Source of the DNA: Gammaproteobacteria bacterium
GTDB lineage: Bacteria; Pseudomonadota; Gammaproteobacteria; Eutrophobiales; Eutrophobiaceae
DNA: 34,004 bases
Assembly: GCA_963422205.2 (NCBI GenBank)
Contig: CAXMWX010000008.1
Coordinates: 1 to 34,004 of the forward strand
Direction: 5' to 3'
Position numbers and translations under genes: made by a program. Positions 28,781-34,004 of the stretch are shown here, in pieces. Within the stretch, counting starts at the first letter, position 1, and the number at the start of each line of letters is the position of its first letter. The notes beneath the pieces were generated by a model that saw only the letters and a program-made list of their open reading frames with translations, searched no databases and had not been told where the DNA came from.

Positions 28781-29950
28781 TTAATCTGTGATTTCGGCAT
28801 CGGTGTGCCTCATATCAAAGGCTAGTATGCCACTATTCTCTTCTTCGACATTGAATTCCACTCTGCTCTGGAAGATAATTTCCTCAACTACGGTTTTGAT
28901 TTTTCCCTCTGAAACAATCGTATCAAATTGTGATAGAAGCATTGGAACATTAATGATCTCTTCGACACATTCAATATAGCGATCAACAATCCTTTTGATG
29001 CCATATTTAGCAGTCGCTTGGATGCGTAATTTTTCCTTGATTGTGTCTGTCATTTCTTCGGTCTTCACGACAAAAGTGATTGGATATCTCTGCACCTTGT
29101 CAATGTCTAAGAAATACTTGCCTGCATATACGGTCTCAGTGACTTGGAAAAATCATCCGAGAGGACGCATAACGAAGTCAATACCACCATCATTTGCATT
29201 TGTCCTGCCTGTCTTAAATAGAGTGAGACTCGTTTCATTCAGCTCTTCGGGCGACCATCCCCAGAACAGAATCCTCTCAGAATAATGTTGTTTCAAAATG
29301 GCATAACTAACGATCTCGAAAACACGAGCATCCACGTTTGGCTGCAAAAGTTGCTTGATGAATTTGGTAGCTGAAGAAATATCTTTGTTTTCGATCTCAA
29401 GAAGTTGAGCACACTCATCCATAAATGAATTGAAAGATGCCATTCTTACTGCAACATAGAATTTGACAATTTCCAGAACTGAAGAGGCCAAATTTACAGG
29501 CATTCCGTCAACGCTGATTTTTATTAGGCTCTCATTGATCCAGTATATGTTTGATGAAACGTCCCTGATGATTGGAAGAGAGTCTTCTAATGGGAAGTAC
29601 TTTCTGAACTCTTCGTTCAGTCTATGATTCAAAGCGTGGTTCTGTAATTTGCTACCGAACGGAAGCTCCCTTTGGCGTTTGAATAAACAAGAAAATTGTG
29701 AACCTTCATAATCCGTATAGTTCAAGTCCCCATCAAAACCATGTGCTAAGTAATCTTCGATGAGAACGTAAAGAGCTTAGTGATTTGCGAAGCTCGCTCT
29801 AGACTTTGAGCTTCTGTCCGCAGCCTTTGTCTTGATGTTGAGATATTGCAGTAAAGGGCTTCTCTCCAAAGCTTCTTCGCCATTACAGCCAGTCTTATTG
29901 CTGACTATCGATACAATTTTTTCGGTGAACCCGTGTTTATTTACTGGCAT
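28781..29950 (-). pseudogene. Putative type II restriction endonuclease (389 codons) with two in-frame nonsense codons
   Basis: Single frame from ATG 29950 (MPVNKHGFTEKI) to TAA 28781, interrupted by TAA at 29779-29777 and TGA at 29155-29153. Nuclease-like GRTNANDGGIDF...FFQVT segment. Overlaps the MTase stop by 14 bp. Confidence 0.8.
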
Positions 29951-30854
29951 AGAACAGATCCTCTACAGCCTCCTCTGCACGAGCATTCTTGATCCCATTT
30001 CGATTCTTCTGCTTGGTGGTTTTTTGCGGTGCGGTCAAAACTCTACCGTCTACTTCGGTGAACTCCAGAACTCGCCGTAGCCCAATATCCACATACTTAC
30101 TGTGAGATTCGACTCCTATGGTTTTGCGTCCTAATCGCTTTGCTACTGCACAGGTGCTGAACGTTCCAGAAAAAGGGTCAAGTATTGTGTCGTCTTTGTT
30201 AGAGCTAGCTAAAATCAATCTTTCAAGAAGTGCTTCGGGTTTTTGTGAGGGGTGGTCTTCATACTCTTCCATACGGTATCTGACGCGGGAGAATTCCCAC
30301 ACATTACCGGGAACTTTCTTTGAATTGTACAGAGTTGGGACAGGTTTGCGATAATCAATCAGCCTTCTTTTGGCTCCCGTCTTTGCTTCTACTGCGATAT
30401 CATCGGCATTAAAGGTATAACTCTTCTTGTTTTTCACGCAAAACAGTAGAGGTTCATACATTGATCCATAGTGCTTTTTGGCCTGCATTACAGAACTGTC
30501 ATAGCTCCAAACAATCCGAGAGAGGATGTGGGTTTTTGATCTAAGATACAGGTCAAGGTAAGGCATCGCTTGAGTGCTGGTCATTACGTACATTGATCCA
30601 TGGTCGGTCAATTTGTCTAAACACAAATCAAGCCAAACCTTACACCATTCGGCATAGGCTTCATCAGAAGGCCACTTATCGTCAAAGTCGCCAAAGCGTT
30701 TCCCTATGTTGTAGGGCGGGTCGGCGAAAATAAGATCAACCGAATTGTCAGGTATATCGTCCCGAAGTACGCAAAGGGCGTCCCCTTGAAATATCAAATG
30801 TAAATCGTTCTCATATTTTTTCGGTCGTTTTTGCATCATTCGAATTCTTCTCAT
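29937..30854 (-). CDS. yhdJ: Beta-class amino-DNA methyltransferase, YhdJ-like (probable ATGCAT m6A)
   Basis: DLIFADPPYNIGK precedes LDPFSG (beta order). IVWSYDSS..QAKKHYGSMYEP, VEAKTG..R.LIDYRK and KVPGNVW.F.RVRY match E. coli YhdJ as recalled. Confidence 0.88.
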   Translation of the reverse strand: MRRIRMMQKRPKKYENDLHLIFQGDALCVLRDDIPDNSVDLIFADPPYNIGKRFGDFDDKWPSDEAYAEWCKVWLDLCLDKLTDHGSMYVMTSTQAMPYLDLYLRSKTHILSRIVWSYDSSVMQAKKHYGSMYEPLLFCVKNKKSYTFNADDIAVEAKTGAKRRLIDYRKPVPTLYNSKKVPGNVWEFSRVRYRMEEYEDHPSQKPEALLERLILASSNKDDTILDPFSGTFSTCAVAKRLGRKTIGVESHSKYVDIGLRRVLEFTEVDGRVLTAPQKTTKQKNRNGIKNARAEEAVEDLFYASK

Positions 30855-31779
30855 CCAATTAAATTTGCATACGTCAGTCGCTTACCAAATGCACAACCAA
30901 CCATCGCATCAATGCGATCCAACGTATGAACCCGCACATTCCCATCATTCATGCGAAATACGAATTCATCAATATAACGATCAATGTGCTTCTTACTGAA
31001 GTGATGAAGTGTCCCCTGATAACCACGCTTCAACACCGCCCACATGGATTCAATCTCGTTCGTTGATGCCATGCCATTCACAAATTCACCCACTGAATGA
31101 TTAACGAGGACATGATGATACCCACGAATCCGCTTATAAAATGTCGCTTCATCCATTGAAATCGTACTTCTCTGAGCAATCTTCTGACCCATGAATTCCT
31201 GCATATTACGTGTATTTACACGATCCATAGACTTCGCCTTAACCCGTCCATCCCGACTTCTCGTACCAACGACGACTTTCTTTGTTTTGGTGGAACGCCC
31301 TTGCGTCCCTTCGGTGCGTTTAGGGGTGTGTTTGTTATTCTCTAAACCGCTCACATAGGCTTCATCAATTTCAACGATACCACCAAGGAAATCATCGTCA
31401 TTGTCATCCTTACAGGCTTCACGAATGCGTTGAAGCATGAACCAGACTTTTGCGTGATACCCAGTTCCCTCGACAACTGCATAGATGATATGCCTTTACG
31501 GGATGTCACGATGAGATAGATCGCGAATATCCATTTATGCAGGGGGATATGGGAGCGTTCAAAAATGGTATTGGTTCTGACTGTAAATTCCTGCTTGCAC
31601 GACTGACAACGGAAATATCCAAGGCGGACACCTTGTCGCTTTGTAATCTTTTCAGAACCACAACGGGGAAACGTTATACTTTCAGGCCAACGTTTTTCTT
31701 CGAGATACGTTCTTGCACTTTCCTGATCTGGAAATCTTTCGAATAACTGAAACACTGAAATTGTAGATTTGCTCATCAT
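30851..31779 (-). pseudogene. IS1595-family (ISXO2-like DDE) transposase, frameshifted
   Basis: Zn-ribbon/HTH half (F.CQSC..FTVRT.TIFE.SHIPL.KW...KGISSMQL.RELGITQK) and catalytic half (WFMLQRIREA, VEIDE, DE, VNHS, TN.IES.W, Y..EF..R) are in different frames, with the break near 31441-31450. Confidence 0.92.
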
Positions 31780-31814
31780 ATCATCCTTATCTCCAATATA
31801 GAAAGAAAAATAGG

Positions 31815-31836
31815 TGGAGTTAAATATATAAACCCA
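31815..31836. repeat. Terminal inverted repeat (IRL relative to the transposase)
   Basis: TGGAGTTAAATATATAAACCCA, 35 bp upstream of the transposase start. Confidence 0.75.
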
Positions 31837-31844
31837 TTAAGTAT
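31837..31844. repeat. Target-site duplication, right copy (TTAAGTAT)
   Basis: Abuts the right inverted repeat; 7/8 identical to 28731-28738. Confidence 0.8.
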
Positions 31845-32117
31845 TCAGCGCAATCTTTCATGCAGGGCCATATCTGTCACCCAGAGGCAAAGCAGCAGGC
31901 GTGCACCCTCTTCAAGGCCGGCGATATAGGCTTTTTGTCCAGACACATCGCCTTTCAGCCGTTTCAATTCGCTCACACTGGCACCGATAGACTGGGTCAT
32001 GGCATCGTTGATATGCAGGTCGGCGACATCCAGCCGCCTTGTCAGGCGGAGTGTCTGCTCGCCAAACAGCCGGGATAAGAAGGCCGATGTCTGCTCATCC
32101 TGCTCAGAGACAGTCAT
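31845..32117 (-). CDS. Hypothetical protein (~90 aa)
   Basis: Helical, protein-like sequence from MTVSEQDEQ. The extension to 32207 looks non-coding. Stop abuts the target duplication. Confidence 0.55.
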   Translation of the reverse strand: MTVSEQDEQTSAFLSRLFGEQTLRLTRRLDVADLHINDAMTQSIGASVSELKRLKGDVSGQKAYIAGLEEGARLLLCLWVTDMALHERLR

Positions 32118-32281
32118 GGGCGTGTGGGTGTGATGCGATGCGGGCAAGGGCAGGGAGGTGGTGGGCGTGTTTATCAAAAAGCGCAAAGGGGACAAGGCGA
32201 TACGCACGGCAGATGCCGGGGCGCGCTGTAGAAGGTTGTCTTACGGGTGACATCAAACAGCGATTGCAGCTTTTGTTCCTG

Positions 32282-32470
32282 CTATGGTGCGAATGACAAC
32301 TTGAGGATGAAGGCCAGGATGACTAACATCAGGCCCAGCATCCATCGGGTCGTTGTACGCATCTCGATCAAAATTGACCGCATATCGTCAATTTCGTCTG
32401 CTGCCTGCTTTGCTTCTTCTTGTGGTGCGCCCGCAGATACCAGCGCACGATACAGGGCGGTTCCGCTCAT
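32282..32470 (-). CDS. Small tail-anchored coiled-coil protein (DUF1640/CCDC90-like architecture)
   Basis: LYRALVSAGAPQEEAKQAA head, short coiled stalk, RWMLGLMLVILAFIL C-terminal TM. Confidence 0.6.
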   Translation of the reverse strand: MSGTALYRALVSAGAPQEEAKQAADEIDDMRSILIEMRTTTRWMLGLMLVILAFILKLSFAP

Positions 32471-32545
32471 TGGTTTATGTAGATTTCACGTTGTTGCTTT
32501 CTCATAACGCACTTGACCGGCAGCGCAATTCGTGATGCCTGCCGG

Positions 32546-32911
32546 CTATTTCTTAAAGAAACTCATGAGCCTGGCAAGGAATCCCTCTTGCTGTTGTACC
32601 AGCCTTCTCTTACTGGCTGTTTTTTTTCTGACCACTTTTTTTCTGACTGCCCTTTTTTTGCTCACCTTACGGGCAGAACCTCCGCCCCCTAAAATCGACT
32701 TCAGCCGATCGCCAGCTTCCGGGCCGATTTTTTTCTCAACTTTGCTAATTAAATAGGGCTTCTCATAGCCTTTTGACAGCAAGTCCTTCAGAATATCCTT
32801 GATGGTTGCATCATCTTTTTGCTTGTCACAAGCAATACACAAGGCCTCCAGCAGCGTCTCCGACCACATCGTCCTCGCTTCGGTCTTTGTATCATCATTA
32901 TCTTCGGTCAT
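32546..32911 (-). CDS. Hypothetical protein with Lys/Arg-rich repeats and a C-terminal amphipathic helix
   Basis: 121-aa ORF: helical N-terminal domain, GGGG linker, KVSKKRAVRKKVVRKKTASKRR, terminal EGFLARLMSFFKK. Confidence 0.65.
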   Translation of the reverse strand: MTEDNDDTKTEARTMWSETLLEALCIACDKQKDDATIKDILKDLLSKGYEKPYLISKVEKKIGPEAGDRLKSILGGGGSARKVSKKRAVRKKVVRKKTASKRRLVQQQEGFLARLMSFFKK

Positions 32912-33020
32912 CTTGTGGTCACGCTCATTGTTTTCCGGCTGTCATTATCAACCCATATCCGCTTAATTAGCAAGTGATATAGCCGCGTATTGCACATAAA
33001 TTTGCATATCAGTCAACCAT

Positions 33021-33050
33021 TTGGCAGATTATAGCGGGAATCAATATGAT
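33021..33050 (+). promoter_or_regulatory. Putative sigma70 promoter of argB
   Basis: TTGGCA-18 bp-TATGAT followed by GCCACGCC. Confidence 0.4.
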
Positions 33051-33116
33051 GCCACGCCTTTTAGCCTGTTGCCTGGCTTATTGCCCGGGCGATTTATCCA
33101 ATAAAGACCGCTAACC

Positions 33117-34001
33117 ATGCAGCACAAGATTTTATTACTGGAAACCGCACGCAAACTGGCCGAACAACATCACTTTGACGGCCCGGCCCTGCGGCAGGCC
33201 ATTCCCTATCTGGAAGAATTTGCCGGCAAGAAGATCGTCCTGAAGATAGGCGGTTCTATTCTTCATAATACCAGTTTACTCCCGCCGCTGATCAGCGATA
33301 TCGTGTTCCTGAAACGCCTTGATATTAACGTCATCATCATTCACGGCGGGGCAAAGCAGGTGGACGCCCGAATGCAGCAACTCGGGTTACAGCCGGAGAA
33401 GATCGGCGGGTTACGAGTCAGCCCCAGGGAGGTATTGGAACTTGCCCACGAGGTCTTCATCGAGATCAGCCAGTCCATCAAAGACGGCATAGATGCCTGC
33501 GGTTATACCGGGGTGATATTGGATCGTGACAGCGACATCGTGCGTGCCCGGCAAAAAAAAATCGAATTACACTACGTCGGCGAGCCGACACATGTCAACA
33601 CCGCAAGGCTAAGGCAACTGGCAGTTGATGAGATCCCCATCATTCCAGCCGTCACCGCCAGCCAGGTGACCGGCGAGCCGGGTTTTAATGTCAATGCCGA
33701 TGAGGTTGCCAGTGCGGTGGCCAGTGAACTGCAAGCGGAGAAACTTATCCTGATGACCGATGTGGATGGTGTGCAGGATGCCAACGGGAGCGTGATATCT
33801 ACCTTGACTCCAGCAGAGGTGAAGGGACTGATCGATGCCAACGTGATCCGTAACGGGATGTTGCCTAAGGTACAAGCCTGCCTGCTGCCGTTGGAACATG
33901 GTGTGCATAAATCCCATATTATCCGCGGCGATGCCGACTCATTCATCAACGAAATTCTCACCGACTCAGGCGTGGGGACACAGTTTGTTAAGCCAGCCTG
34001 A
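33117..34001 (+). CDS. argB: Acetylglutamate kinase
   Basis: AIPYLEEFAGKKIVLKIGG, IIHGG, GLRV, NVNAD, LILMTDVDG, GMLPKV, EILTDSGVGT. Confidence 0.93.
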   Translation: MQHKILLLETARKLAEQHHFDGPALRQAIPYLEEFAGKKIVLKIGGSILHNTSLLPPLISDIVFLKRLDINVIIIHGGAKQVDARMQQLGLQPEKIGGLRVSPREVLELAHEVFIEISQSIKDGIDACGYTGVILDRDSDIVRARQKKIELHYVGEPTHVNTARLRQLAVDEIPIIPAVTASQVTGEPGFNVNADEVASAVASELQAEKLILMTDVDGVQDANGSVISTLTPAEVKGLIDANVIRNGMLPKVQACLLPLEHGVHKSHIIRGDADSFINEILTDSGVGTQFVKPA

Positions 34002-34004
34002 TTA

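Larger units (their letters stand above)
28739..31836 (-). mobile_element. Degenerate IS1595-family element with passenger restriction-modification genes (3098 bp)
   Basis: IS1595-type transposase, 22-bp imperfect terminal IRs (15/22), 8-bp flanking direct repeats, visibly AT-richer than the flanks. Confidence 0.85.

Noticed and set aside
29153-29779. Stop-codon recoding or selenocysteine in the endonuclease gene
   Set aside because: The two stops differ (TAA and TGA), each is one substitution from a plausible sense codon, and TGA and TAA terminate normal genes throughout the window.
31441-31452. Programmed -1 frameshift at CAA-AAG in the transposase
   Set aside because: A_AAG can slip, but the product (QKVWFM) would be one residue shorter than the usual QK[ST]AWFM. 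IS1595 transposases are normally single ORFs, and other decay is visible (first Zn-ribbon Cys replaced by Phe, eroded IRs). A small deletion is more likely.
32988-33010. Possible ARG box upstream of argB (TGCACATAAATTTGCATA)
   Set aside because: About three mismatches to the ArgR consensus core and no clear tandem box.
1-34004. ATGCAT avoidance as support for MTase specificity
   Set aside because: I noticed no ATGCAT while reading but did not count exhaustively, and 34 kb is too small. A genome-wide observed/expected calculation is needed.

Overview
GC-rich gammaproteobacterial chromosome segment. About 27 kb is conserved housekeeping DNA: mucD/degP, a glutaredoxin-like gene, lepA-lepB, a DUF4845-like gene, rnc-era-recO-pdxJ-prfC, then rne (minus strand, ~365-nt structured leader), rluC (one-base frameshift in a G run), an S49 peptidase, maf/yceF, and yceD-rpmF-plsX-fabHDG-acpP-fabF-pabC-mltG-tmk-holB-pilZ-tatD. 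The accessory part (~26.2-33 kb) holds a class V PLP enzyme, an orphan ORF and an iodotyrosine-deiodinase-type flavoprotein. It also holds a visibly AT-richer 3.1-kb IS1595-family element (28739-31836) with 22-bp imperfect terminal inverted repeats and an 8-bp target duplication. The element carries a passenger type II restriction-modification pair: an open YhdJ-like (probably ATGCAT) adenine methyltransferase and an endonuclease broken by two in-frame stops. Its transposase is frameshifted. Three small hypothetical genes and argB end the window. No rRNA, tRNA or CRISPR array was seen. All family assignments rest on motif recognition and recall, not on database searches.
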